Position numbers and translations under genes: made by a program | Shown: piece after piece, positions 11,710 through 24,260 of the stretch | Position numbering within the stretch: position 1 is the first letter of the stretch | How the letters are laid out: the number at the start of each line of letters is the position of its first letter | Assembly (NCBI RefSeq): GCF_000315625.1 | Contig: NW_005434643.1 | Coordinates: forward strand, 297,698-361,697 | Direction: 5' to 3' | Source: Guillardia theta CCMP2712 | Lineage: Eukaryota; Protista; Cryptophyta | DNA: 64,000 bases | The notes under the pieces: model-generated | What the model saw: the letters and a program-made list of their open reading frames with translations, nothing else | Told to the model about the DNA's origin: nothing | The model's database searches: none

Positions 11710-14700
11710 CTCGGCTCCTTCGGAAGGGTCCTCCCTCTCGACGAGGAGCGAGGCGGCAGGCAGCGTGGCTGGGGCTCGACCCAGGAGGAGGGGCGTTCCC
11801 CTAGCCCTCGTTGCCTGTGTCGACGGGACTGTGACGGCAGTCAAGGCTGACACGGGGTCCAAGGTTTGGTATGCCCTGTCACGTTGTGATGCCACGGCGC
11901 TGATAGCGAGCACTTCTGCAGGTCGCTGGACCTGGAGGGCCCGCTGCTGTCATCATGGCAGAACGAGAGTGTGTTCTTCGACGACGTCCTCATCCCTAAC
12001 ACCGACGGCTCCCTGTACCTCTTCTCCAAGAAGACGTCCAGGTGACTGCGCGACTGCCTCTCCTTGCCCCCTCACCTCGCTTCCTGTCCACAGGCTGCAG
12101 CGACTGCCTATCTCACTGCAGGACCTTGTTGAGAACTCCCCGTTCGTGGCCGACGACGGCTCCTTGTACGTGGCTCAGAAGCGCTCGCAGTTCTACATCG
12201 TCTCGCGGGACTCGGGGACCGTCCTCTCCGACGTGTCGGTCGATGAGAAGGAGGACGGGGACTTCTTGCGCAGCTTCCGGGAGGAGACCGCAGCTGGGAA
12301 CCTGCTCGTGGGCCGCTACGAGTACTTTGTCAAGGCTGTGCATCCGCGCTCCAAGGAGGAGAGCTGGCGGGCCCGCCTGTCCTACTTTCCGACCGTCCGG
12401 CACCTCCAGGACAGTCTGCATGACCCCAACATGGATGTCTCGGGGATGGAAGACCCAGGGGCCTACTTCTACCATGAGGGCACGTTGTACGCTGTGGACA
12501 TTATGACTGGTATGCTTGAGTGGTGGCAGCAGCTTCCTGCCCCTCCTATGGCTGTTCTTGTCATAGGAGCGAATGACGTGGCGGTCGAGAGATTCGTCTT
12601 CCCTGCCTCAGCCCCACTCAGGTGATATCCGGGCTGCTCCTGCTCCTGCTGCTCCTCCATCTGCTCCTCCTTCCTGCTCCTGATTCTGCGCTTTTTGCTC
12701 TTGTTGCTTCTGACCTCCAACTTTCAATGCACGGCGCTGACTGCCAGTTGTCTTCAGCTCCAACGTCGATCTGTGGAAGAGCCGCATGCTGGTCGGGGAA
12801 GACCTCCAATACATACAGCTCCATGGCTCGCAGCTGTTTGCTGTCAACGGAGTCTTGCAACCGGCCGACAGGTTGATCTCGACACCCGCAGGCTCGGCAG
12901 AGGACGAGGACGAGGAAGCGAGGAAGAGGATGAGCTGGTGGAGCTGGATGGGGCAGCAGAACCGGAGGAGGATCGAGCAGAAGATTGCGCAGCTTGAAGG
13001 GAGTCCGGGGGCCACGTCGACGTCCCATCTGGAGGAGGACTTGAGGCTGCAGGACAAGTGTATCCTCAGCGAGTCGAACTTCCCTTCCTGCATGGAAGGT
13101 CTCCATCCCCTCTCGACCCCTCTCAAGGCTCTCTCCCAGTATGCCCAGCTAGAGGACACCCAGCTCGCCATCGACCCCTCCTCAGCTGAAGTTCAGCCCG
13201 AGGCCAGCGGGATAAGGGTGCAGCCTTCCAACTTCTCGGAGGCAGACGTGAGGCTTCAGCCGGAAGAAGCGTCGAAGGCGCCGCCTCCCTCAGGGCCAGT
13301 TGAGGAGGCAGCGGGGAAGGACGCGGGTCGTCAGGGGACTCGGCAGGAAGAGGGAGGAAGAGAACATGCGTCCCGAGCCGAGCTGGCATGGCGGGTGGTG
13401 ACCTGGCTCGCGCGCGAGTGCGGCATGTCGGAGGTCAATGTGATTTTCTTCTCTTCCCTGATCCTCTTCCTCCTGCTCGCTGGAACGTACATCGAGATTG
13501 GACATCGGTGGCAGGAGCAGGAGCAGCAGAGTTTGCATGCTGGGGCCGGCAGCCAGGCTGGAGGAGAGCAGAAGAAGAGGCAGGGGGGGGCGAGGGGAGG
13601 AAAGAACCTGCGGCGGAGGAAGGAGGCGATAGCCAGGTCTCAACGAGACTCAGCAGAGGTGGTTGGAGCTTCTTCCCTAGTCTCCTCGGGGAGGATGGAG
13701 GAGGAGGATGCGGGGGAAGGAACTCACGCGCAGGAGGGACAGGGAGAAGTTCGGGTGGGTCGACTGCGGGTGCACACTGGAAGCATCCTGGGGCACGGGA
13801 GCCAAGGGACCATCGTCTACGTTGGGGAGCTGGACGGGAGAAAAGTTGCGGTCAAACGCCTGCTGTCGACCTTCGTCGACGTAGCGCTTGGAGAGGCAAG
13901 AGCTACTGACTGACTGACTGACTGACTGACTGACTGACTGACTGACTGACTGACTGCTGGTTCAGGTTGACCTGCTGATGAAGGCCGACGCGCATCCAAA
14001 CATCACGCGCTACTTCGCCAAGGAGGAGGACGGAGATTTCATCTACCTCGCCCTTGAGCTCTGCGACACGAGCCTAGCCAGCCACGTCGAGGAGCATAGC
14101 AACGCCAACAGCTCTGATATCAGCGCGGAGTTCTGCAGAAGGCAAGAGGAGGGAGGTAAATTCTTCCTTGAAATAGCTCTGTCACTCACCATCCTTCTCA
14201 AGCTGCGCAGCAAGAGCCTGTTTCGTCTCCCTCCGAGAGCAACGTGAACAAGAGCACTGGAGCACGAGACGTCTGTGTCGGAAGCGCGCAGGGATGGATG
14301 GAGGTGGATCGAGCTCAGCAGCTGCTGGCGGATCTACTTGATGGAGTCTCCTTCCTCCACAGGTGAATCAAAAACCCCAGTGGAGACAAGCTGCTGGCCC
14401 TGCTTCTTATTCGCTCCTTTCCCCTTCCTCTTCATCCTCCTACTGATTCTTCCTCTCCTTATTCTCGTCCTTCTACTCCTACTCCTGCTCCTGCTCTTGC
14501 TCCTCCTGCCCCTTGTGCACCATATGCCCCTAACTCTACCTGCTCTCCTTTCTCCGTCTTTTTTGTGCTTTTTGTTCCTCTCGGTTGTCCTCCTGAGCGG
14601 ATTTCCTTTCAGCATGGGAATCGTCCACAGGGACTTGAAGCCAGGGAACGTCTTGCTGACGGCCGCTGGAAGGTGAGGCGGAGGATGGGGAGAGGAGGAC

Positions 14701-16901
14701 AAGGAGGGAGAGAAGGAAGACAAGGAGGAATGAACAAGTGATGGGGGACGAGGATTTCGAGCGTGACTTTCTTGCAGGATCAAAATTTCTGACATGGGCT
14801 TCTCAAAGCGCCTGGACAATGGCCAGGTTACAAGGAGGAGAAAGGGGAGAGAGGAGAGGAGAGACACGAGTGCGACGGAAGGAAGAGTAAAGAGGTCGAG
14901 CAGAGAAGAAAACGGCAAGAATGGAGAGGAGGAGCAAGAGGAGGAGGAGGATGGGGATGCAAGGTATGCACAACAACGCAGAAAGTAACTTCCCACTCCC
15001 TCCCCAGTCCTCCTTCGACACGGTTCACGCGGGCACCATGGGATGGCGAGCGCCTGAGCTTCTGCTGAAGCAGGTGAGGGCAGGAGAAGCCTGCATGTCG
15101 TGCTGATGCTGCTCTCAGAGGTGCACCAAGTCTGTTGACATCTTCGCTGTTGGCTGCATCTTCTACTACGTCCTCACTCACGGTTCCCTCCATCTTCCAG
15201 CTCTGCTCCTTTCGCTTCATCTTGCATTTCCTTCTAATATTCCTAAAGTGCCCTTTTCATCTCCTCTCCTCCCCTCTCTCTCCTCTCTCTCCTCTCCTCT
15301 CCTCTCCTCTCCTCTCCTCTCCTCTCCTCTCCTCTCCTCTCCTCTCCTCTCCTCTCCTCTCCTCTCTTAGTCGTTCTTATTTCGTAGCATTTTCATTCTC
15401 CTGAGTCTTTTGCACTTCTTCTAGGTCATCACGCGTTTGGCGAGTGGCTTGAACGAGACTCAAACATCGTGCGAGATCGAACAAACCTTTCGTTGCTAGG
15501 TCCATACAAGCAACTCCCTCCTGTCCGCTCTTGTCCTCCCCACTTGTGTTGTCTTGTGTTTGCTGGCCCCCTCCTTTCCCCTCTCCCTCTCCTTGTCGCC
15601 GCCTTCCTCTCCCCCCTCGTCCTGCATCGGCAAGAGCTTGCCTGCTTCATGTTCACTCTCTCTCCTTCAGATCACTGGCCGGAAGCTCAGGACTTGATCG
15701 CTGAGCTCATTCGTCATGACTCGTCCAAGGTAATTCAGATCTCCTCGCTCGTGTCCCTCCGACAAATTTCAACATTGCCCTTCCTCCCTCTCCCTCTCCT
15801 TTCTCTTCCCATTCCCAAATCTCCTCCTCCTCCTCCTCCTCCTCCTTTTGAGCGTTTGCTCCTCATGTCATTGGATTGATCTCGCAGAGACCGACGGCAG
15901 CGGAGGCGAGGAAGCATCCCTTCTTTTGGAGCAAAGCAACATGTCTCCGGTGACTGCTGCTCGTCTCCCTTCTCTTCCTCCTTCATATCGCCTCCCTTTC
16001 TTGTCTGCTCCCGCTCTCCGCTCCCTCTTGCTCGTTGCCCGCGCTCTTATACTTTCTCAGCTTTCTGCTTGATTGCTCGGACCGTGTGGAGAACGAGGAT
16101 GCGTCTTCCTTGTTGGTAACGGCCATGGAGAGAAGAGCGCAGATGGTGAGGAACAAAGATGATTACTCCTTCGTTGTCAGCCCTGTACAATCTCGTCTCA
16201 ATTCTCGTCTTCCTCTTCCTCTTCCCCATATTGCCTCCCATCCTTCACTTCTTCTATTACGTTTATCTCGTCCACCTGCTCGTCTATTAGAAAAATCGCA
16301 ATATTTTACTACCACTATCTCCTCCTCCTCCACCACCACCACCTCCTCCTCCTCCATCTCAACTAATTGCTACTTTCTGTGTTGACGCTTCATCTGAAAG
16401 GTGTTCGCGAGCCCTTGGAACCTTCAGCTTGACAGCAGCTTCATTGCAACCTTGCTCGAGTACCTGAGACAAGACGCTTCCCCTGCTCTGACCCTGCTGG
16501 CAGGAGGAGGAAGTACAACTACAACTCCCTTAGAGATCTCCTGCGGGCGATCAGAAACAAGAAAAATCACTTCAGGCACGCCCTCCTCCCTCCCCTCTTC
16601 TCCATCTTCCTCCTCTCTCTGGACATGCTCTCGCTCCTTGTCATTCTTGTTCGCTGTGCCATGTTGCTCCTCACCTAACGCCACTGCAGGGAGCTGCCGC
16701 AGGCCGTGCAGGACATGCTGGGAGGAGTGCCGGACGGGTACATGCTCTACTTCAAGACCAAGTTCCCCCGCATCATTCTTGAGATGTACTTGTTCGCGCT
16801 TGAGACGGGTGAGGCAGCTGAGGGAGAGGTGAGGAGGTTGATGAGTATGTGCAGAGCTGACGAGGAACGAGGCTGTGTTTTCTGCCTACTTGTCTCCATG
16901 A
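11633..16901 (+). CDS. IRE1: IRE1 ER-stress sensor kinase/endoribonuclease (multi-exon)
   Basis: Signal peptide; luminal PQQ-like domain (ACVDGTVTAV...G.V.W, LPISLQDLVENSPF); TM helix (VIFFSSLILFLLLAG); kinase GHGSQGTIVY, VAVKRLL, HPNITRYF, HRDLKPGNVLL, ISDMG, GTMGWRAPE, DIFAVGC; KEN RNase RKYNYNSLRDLLRAIRNKKNHFRELP; final exon ELTRNEAVFSAYLSP*. Confidence 0.95.
13905..13956 (+). repeat. (ACTG)13 microsatellite in an IRE1 intron
   Basis: 13 perfect ACTG units inside intron 13896-13965. Confidence 0.95.
15260..15368 (+). repeat. (CTCTC/CTCCT)n pyrimidine microsatellite in an IRE1 intron
   Basis: Direct inspection. Confidence 0.9.
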
Positions 16902-17076
16902 GCGTTTTTCCCTGTTTGAACGTCTGAGGTTTTTGGAGTTGAAGGAGGAGGGTTGTACAGTAAGCGAGGGTATCAAGTATCTCGACTTCTTTATCCTTCA
17001 ACAGATTGTTACACTAAATCACAAGCAGCTCGACCCCAGCAGACACGCGAGGAGGAGCATCAGAGAGTCTGAGAGC

Positions 17077-18667
17077 TCACAACTCTCTCCACACGCTTGA
17101 GAGGCGGCTAGCGAGGTCGCGGCTGATGTCCCGGTCGAAGAGCATCTGCCCGTGGTTGGCGTTTCTCATGGTGTAGCTCCTGACGCAGTTGTGCTGCCCG
17201 AGGCGAGAGGCGTGCTGCTCGATGTGCCTGTGAACGGCATGGGAGGGAACGATCTCGTCGTGCTCGGAGAGGCACACGAGGGAGGGGATGTTCTGCTTCT
17301 GGAGGTCCTGCGCCCACAGGATGTTGCGGTACCACCAGAAGTTGCGGCGGAGGGCGTTGTTGAGGTAGAGCTCCGACCCGATGAGATCTCCCAGCTTGTT
17401 TCCCAGCTTCCTCCTGTCGTTGTCCTGCGTCTTCTTGTAGAGGAAGTTGTACAGCACGTCCTTTAGGTTCAACATCATCACCACTGGGTCGATGAGCCCG
17501 ATCCCCGCAACCCGCTCGGGCAGGTGCTGCACCATCCAGGAGAGCACGACAGACCCGTACGAGTGGCCCACCCAGAACGCGTCCTGCAGTTCCCAGCGCT
17601 GAAAGATCCTCTCGATGCCGTAGAGATGGTCGTCGATGGAAGGGACAACAGGGCTGATGGTGCAGGAAATGTGGGGGAGCTCGATGAGAATCATGGGGCA
17701 GTCGTTCACCATGAGCTCCTTGAGGAAGGACAGGTAGGTGATGAGACCAACCCCAACGCCATGCACGAACACGATCGGCTTCTTCTTCCTGCTCTCCTCG
17801 CACTCCGGCAGGCGGATCCAGTAACTGATTTCCCCATCCACGTGCTTGGCGAAGCCCTCCTTCCTCAGCTGGAAGCCAGCCGCTGCTCCTAGCAGCCACT
17901 GGCACACGAGGTAGAAGACGATGGGCTTGTGCTTGTACAGCAACGGCTCGATGGTAAACCTCATGCAAGGGAGAGGCTGCTGGCTCGGCAGACGGGTGGG
18001 AAACTCGTAGTTGAGCTGCTCCTGGATCTTGACGAAGATTCGGTGGATGCTGCACTTCTTGTCTTCGTCCAGCACCTCGTAGGTCGTGCTGAACGTGGCC
18101 CACGTCAGGAAGCTGTGAACGTCCTCCACGGTGATGGACTCGAACTTGGAGTCATAGAACCATCCCGAGAGGAACTGCCGCGTGCAGTGGGAGGAGGACA
18201 GGATCATGTCCCACAGCTCGTCAAGGTCTCGTGCGACGGGCTCCGGCTCCATCGGGGTCTCGAGCACACTCGCTTGCAAGCAGTTGTAGCCAAAGAACAT
18301 CATCTCTGCTATCCCGAGGACAATCGCAGGGAGGTTCGACCCTGATGTGAAGCTGGCAGTGACAAGAATGGCTAAGGAAATCATCCAGGGGAGCAAATCG
18401 GTCTTGACAGAGTGAGGATTGGAGAGATGTTGTGAAGCATCCATGCCGGATGGAATGGTCTCCCTCAACACCTTCTGATCACTCTCAAAGAACGAGAACG
18501 ATGTCAGCCGGTTCAAGCTGAAGTCCTTAGGGAAACTTGCTGCCTGCAGCAAACGTCACTACAAAACTCCGCACCTTGTCAGAAATGTTGCGTACCTTCA
18601 TTGCAGTTTTTCTTCTATGTGATCCAACGGATTGCATGGTAAGAGACCTTGCTGTAGGAGCATGCAT
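17077..18667 (-). CDS. Alpha/beta hydrolase with N-terminal membrane segments
   Basis: Oxyanion FVHGVGVG, nucleophile GHSYG, acid EHDEIVP, His NHGQM; 24-aa first exon (18596-18667) joined in frame through GT-AG intron 18544-18595. Confidence 0.85.
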
Positions 18668-20253
18668 AGAGATGGAAAACGCCAGCGATGGTGAGTAAAA
18701 AGCATACGAAAATGTTGTTAACTGAAGCAAAATCATCTGTCCGACCATGCCAGGAAACCGGAAAAGTTGAGAATGTGAAGATGCGAAACGGGAAGATAAA
18801 CAATGCAAGCAGATGCTTCGCAACTTCCCTGCCACTCCCCACCCAAGACTCCAAAGGAGTGGAAGGAGTGAGGAGTGGTGGTTGGTGACCGCGCGAGCTG
18901 TCGGGTGAGCTGATCAAGTACAGTAGATAGCTGACGGGTTACTGGAAGTTGACTCTCAGAAGACTGTAGAAGGAAGAGAGAGGAGGAGAGAAGATGAACG
19001 GCGAGGAGCAGGTGGTGGAGGAGGAGGAGCAGGGTCCTACGGGAGCCGGAGGCGACAGATGGGGGCAGGGGATGTGTAAATAGAATTGTGGGCTTAAAGT
19101 AAGACTGAAATGCTATATTTCTCTTAAAACAATTATTTGTACCAACATGTACAATAGAAAAACTCTTATAGTGAAATACTGAATTTAAGGCCACAAGAAA
19201 CGACCGCTCGCATGAGATAAGTCTAGATTACCACAGAGCTCTGTACCGGGATTTATAGCATTAAAACATTTATGTGTATAAGTATTTTTGGGGGGTTGCA
19301 GTACACATGGCCTCGTCATCAGACCCTCATAATATATCGAATAATATATTTTTCGTATATCTTAAAATAGTTATTTGTTATCTCGGTACGATCTGGATGT
19401 ACGGCCCCGACTGATCTCGTCTCGGTACCGCCATAAAATGGTATATCTGGAACTACCCACCCAGGACATCATGAGAATGGGAGGGGTACTTGCCTCCTCT
19501 GCAACCTCTCGGCCTTTTTTAGCAACCTGTTTACATCGACCACCCACCTCATTTGATCTTCTTCATGACCCCCACCCTATCCAACCCTGTCTTTCACCCA
19601 CCCTTGATAGGTTCTATCGCAACCTCACTTTCTCGTCCTTCTACCCCCACCCCCAAGAATCCCCCCGCTTGTATCCTCATTGTGAGTGAAACTGTCACAA
19701 CCGTTGTCTGGCATGAACAGGCCCGCCCCAGAATAAACACAATTCCCGGGCCCGGAGCCCGAGGTGCCGAAACACTGAGACTTACCGGGTGAGGAGTCTG
19801 AAGGCCCATCGAACATTCCGAGGTCCCTGCCCACGTCATACTCCCCAACCCTACCCATGTTTTGAAGATGTCACTCCATTGACCGGTACTTCCCAGATAG
19901 CAAAGTTCTGTCAATAACGGGTTCATTGGTACCCCACCCCCTCGTGTGGAGCTTTCTTCAGGCTCATACAGCACGCCAATGCACCTCATTACAACAACTT
20001 CAGACTACCCACCCATATTGTTTCACTACCCTACCCCCTTTGGGCTACGAAAGCAAAGAAACCCATTTCTTGGCAGCATTGGAATCTCGTTCATTCATAG
20101 AAAACTTTTATCAACTAAGATGAGTCAAACTTAAGTAACTGTTGTTGAATAATGCACTACCCCACCCAAAACAAGGACCCTACGTTTTTCACCACCCTAC
20201 CCACCCTGAGGGCACATGGACGACCGATCGCACTGAGCTAGAGTATCGTCGCC

Positions 20254-22955
20254 ATGCAGTGGAGGACGAGGGTGGCAGCGCTGGTTCTTTGTGCCGCTGT
20301 GATGGTGACAGGGGAAAAGCAAGAGAAGTTGCGGTGGGCACAAGACAAGGAAAGACTTTATGTCACCATCGCTGTTGAATGCGCAAGTGACAGGAGCGTG
20401 GGTCACACCGAAGATCGATTCTTGTTCTCCTGCAAGGGGAGTGATGGGAACTTACATAAGACAGACTTTGAGTTGAGAGAACCGATCAAACCGTCGGCCA
20501 GTCACTGCAAGCAACAAAGAGGAGAAGAAGTCTGCATGTGAGCATCTTGCCAACTACCCCTCTTTGCATCGCCTTCGAACATTGAATCTTGTTCAGCCCC
20601 CTCCCTATATTCTCCTCTCTTCTCCTCGACATCCCTCTCTCTCCATACACTTAGACGTGGATGTCGCAAGCATTGCTGATACTTGTAATGACAGACTACA
20701 AAAAGCGCACCCTCACTATTTCGACAAGCTTACAACTGATAAGGAAATCCTGAACATTCTGAAGCCAGATTGGTCGAGGTGGAAGGATGAAGACGAGGGG
20801 TGCGCATGATTGTGTCACCCTCTTGGCTGGCTGATTTTTTCTGTTCTTTGCAATACAGAGGAGCTTTCGAAAACGATTACGAGGTGTTGCCCAAGTCAAT
20901 CATGCTCCCGGGGACGGTCGAACTCGTGGACAAGACTGTCAAGGAAGGCAAAGTAGCCTTCGTGCACGCCTACTTGCCCTGGTGAGGAGGAGGAGGAGGA
21001 GGAGGAGGAGGAGGAGGAGAAGGAGGAGGAGGAGGAGGAGGAGGAGGAGGAGGAGGAGGAGATATGTAGGGATCGCTCACATGGTTGTAGGTGCAATATG
21101 TGTGCCTACACCCGGCAAGGCTTCATCCGAGCCGCAAAAGAACTCGGGGGGAACCAGACAAACAACGTCTTCATTTACATTGACGCGAGGGAGGACAAGG
21201 CGGCGGCAAAGCGCTACAACATCACGTGCGTGCCGGAGTGTTTCTTCGTCATCTCTAGGAATGGCGAGCAAGATGAGGTGATGGCGGCCAAGGGGAGTAA
21301 CGACGACATTGCAAATGCGATCAAGGCACATTTGCCCCCAGCGCTCAGCAAGGTGAGCACGGACAGCGAGGTCAATCATTTCATCGAGGAGAACGCAGTT
21401 TCTGTTCTCGTTGCGGTCAAGGGTGGTCTGATGTCCAAGGCGACCGACTCCAGTGAGTATGTTGCAGCCAAGAAAGCCGCACAGACCCTGCGGGGGAAGG
21501 TGATGTTGGAATCAAGGTGGAGGGGGTCAACTGAATCTGATTTGTCAGGCGAGCTTCATGTACACTGACAAGAAACTCTTGGGACTTGCGCCAGGAAACA
21601 TGCGGGTCTGGGTGAATGGATCAAATCCTCAGACCGCAGCGCTGGGCTCCGATTCCACGGCACTAGCGAAACAAGTCATTGGGCTGAGCTGGGGTCTAGA
21701 GCTCTTCAACTACACCTGGAAGAAAAGAGAAGTGTTCGACAGCGTTGGAATCCCGATCGCCCATGTGTATCCGGGTACCAAGTCAGAAGATCTTGAGATG
21801 TTCAAGGAAGTCGCGAAGGAGCTTAGTGGCAAGATTGCATTCCTCCGCTTCGCGGAATCTGAGAATTACATGCTCAAAGACTTTGGGCTTGTGGAAGACA
21901 AGTTCCCTGCATTTGGAATCGCTGAGAGCTTCGATGCCAAGGCAAAGAGATATGCCTTCGAAGGAGATTCTTTCACCAAGGAAAAAATCATTGAGTTCTG
22001 CAAACGTTTCCTTGATGGGAAGCTTGAGCCCTCTTACAAATCAGAAGTGGTTCCAGGGGGAGAGCATGTTCGTGGGACTGTGCGGCATGTTGTGTGGAAG
22101 ACTCTTGCCGAGAGCAAGTGGAATGACATCACTGCAAAAGAAGATGTTCTCCTCCTGCTCTACAAACCTTGGTCCAACGATAACCAGAAAGTTCTGACCA
22201 TATTCGACAAGGTTGCAGCGGCGTTGGAGAAGGTCGAAGGAGTTTCTTTGGGCAAGCTTGACACAAGCAAGAATCACTATGATGCCGAACGGTTTCCGAT
22301 TGATGAGTACAGCAGCGAACCAGCTGTCTTCTTGTGCAAAGCCGGATCGAAGCCGACACAGTTCGCCGGGGCGCTGACTCAGAAGGATCTCTTCAAGTTC
22401 CTTGCCAAGAATTCCCCAGCGGTTAAAGCCGGTTGGGAGACACTTGTGAAACCAAAGCTGCAAGAGATCAAGGCAGCAGAGGAAGAGAAGAAGAAGAAAG
22501 CAGAGGAGGCAGCAGCTGCTGAAAAGGCCAAACTAGAGGAAGAGAGGAAGAAGCTCGACGAGCTGGCGGCCACGGCTGAGAAGATCGACGTGGGCTCGAA
22601 AAAGGATGGGGGCCTGATCAAGCAGATCATCTCTCCCGGCTCAGGAGACTCAACCCCGCAAAAGGGAGACCTCGTCAAGGCTCACTACACTGGAACCCTG
22701 CTCGATGGAAGCAAGTTCGACAGCTCACGGGATCGGGGCGATCCCTTCTCTTTCACCATCGGGCAAGGACAAGTAATCGCGTGTTGGGACGAAGCCTTCC
22801 TTACCATGAAGAAAGGAGAGAGAGCTCTTTTGACTTGCACGGCTGAGAATGCCTACGGAGACAGAGGAGCTGGAGAGAAGATTCCTCCTGGCGCCACCCT
22901 CAGGTTTGATGTGGAGCTCATCGACTTTGGCAACAAAGCCAAGTCAGAGTTGTAG
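20254..22955 (+). CDS. ER-lumen fusion protein: signal peptide + p23/CS domain + PDI-like thioredoxin domains + FKBP PPIase + KSEL (about 780 aa, 4 introns)
   Basis: Exons join in frame: LRWAQDKERLYVTI...KPDWSRWKDEDE (CS/p23); AYLPW|CNMC (active Trx); IIEFCKRFLDGKLEPSYKSE (b'-x); YKPWSNDNQK (Cys-less a'); GDLVKAHYTGTLLDGSKFDSSRDRGDPFSFTIGQGQVIACWDE...AYG...IPPGATLRFDVEL (FKBP); C-terminal KSEL. Confidence 0.9.
20983..21061 (+). repeat. (GAG)n microsatellite in an intron
   Basis: About 26 GAG units inside intron 20982-21090. Confidence 0.95.
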
Positions 22956-23092
22956 GAAGGATCTCATTGGTGAAGAGAATACATGTTGTGTACACGCGTG
23001 GCATTCCAACTCAACTACGATCGCGACCATGCTGGAAGAATATACACTCTTTGTTACAACTATACATAGATGATCTACTGTAAGTAGCTTTT

Positions 23093-23428
23093 TCACATGG
23101 ACTGATTGTCCCTCGGGGAGAGAAGAAAGCGTCTTCGTCTCTTGACAATGTAGTTAGCAAACGATCCTGGCATAACAGGACGGGAGGTCGGAAGAACGTG
23201 ACTTGATTCTGTGTTCATAACGAAATTATGGGAGTGCCTCTTGTATTTGCTGCACCATTGTGGGAGAAACTCGAAGCAACCATGATGGTCCTCTTCACCA
23301 TAACTGATCGCGTCGTGGGATGATAGCAATATCGTGCTGCATTGGCGAGATCCTGCTGCCTGCGTGTGTACAAGGCGTCTCCTGAATTGCGACACGAATG
23401 CTCTGGACAACAGTGTACCTTTGACCAT
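23093..23428 (-). CDS. Small hypothetical protein A (111 aa), PGS[WF]A-basic family, putative mitochondrial presequence
   Basis: ATG 23428; MVKGTLLSRAFVSQFRRRLVHT N-terminus; shares LPQWCSKYKRHSH and VMPGSFANYIVKRRRRF with the ORFs at 32847 and 33788. Confidence 0.75.
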   Translation of the reverse strand: MVKGTLLSRAFVSQFRRRLVHTQAAGSRQCSTILLSSHDAISYGEEDHHGCFEFLPQWCSKYKRHSHNFVMNTESSHVLPTSRPVMPGSFANYIVKRRRRFLLSPRDNQSM

Positions 23429-24059
23429 CTCTTGCAAGGATATCGGATGTCTGCGGGAGTAAAGAAGCAGGTCAAGGGGAAGTGAGAAGATGCGGGAGGT
23501 TATCAAGGAGATAGGTTGTAGCGGTGGGAGGGCGGGGAGGGGGTGAGGACGAGAAGGATCGAACTGATCTGTCGGGGGAGCAGAGGGCGGGGTCTTGTTG
23601 GAAGTCAGGAACCCCGATGATGCTGACGTCAAGTGTCAGCGATCACCCTAAAACACGTCGTTTCGAATATCAAAAGAATCCTTTTTCAATCGAAAAGGTG
23701 TATGTTCACAAAATTTCATTGGTGGGTGGAGGAGCAAAGGGTGAATGTGATACTTTGAGAGGTAGGAGACCAGGGGTACAGGGGGAAACAGGGATGAGAA
23801 GGGGGTCAAGTGAAGTACCCCCTCCGATGTGATGCTCAACTTAAAAAGAAATTATAAAAACAGGACGGCCTCCTCTCCACCCGTCAATATCCATACGCGT
23901 ACCCCTTGACTTGGGACCTCGATTATTTCAACAAGAATTATAAAGGTACCCCCTTCCTGCATATGATTTTCACGGGTGTTGTGAGAGCATGGTTCTTTTT
24001 ATCATATTGAGTAAATCCAGTTACTCAACTAAACTTCAAGTCCCTCATACAGCACTTAC

Positions 24060-24260
24060 TAGGCTTCGCGCGAGGTCCGGGCCCGGCATGGAGGAGCCGC
24101 CCGGAACCCGGCGAAGACACTGAGGCAGGTCACGGCACTACTGCGTCGCCGGCGCTCCGATCTGAGGACTCTGACGCGGGCTCGGGGAGTGGAGGCTGCA
24201 CACGGAGAAGATCTCCGTGCACAGTTGACTCTCACGGCGATGGGCTCCGGGGCAACTATT
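24060..24260. repeat. Short GC-rich word tract of the same type as 9870-10965
   Basis: CCGGGCCCGG, GTCACGG, ACTGAG, TGACTC words. Confidence 0.4.

Noticed and set aside
20982-21281. Poly-Arg and poly-Ser ORFs
   Set aside because: Translation of an intronic (GAG)n repeat; splicing it out creates the WCNMC active site.
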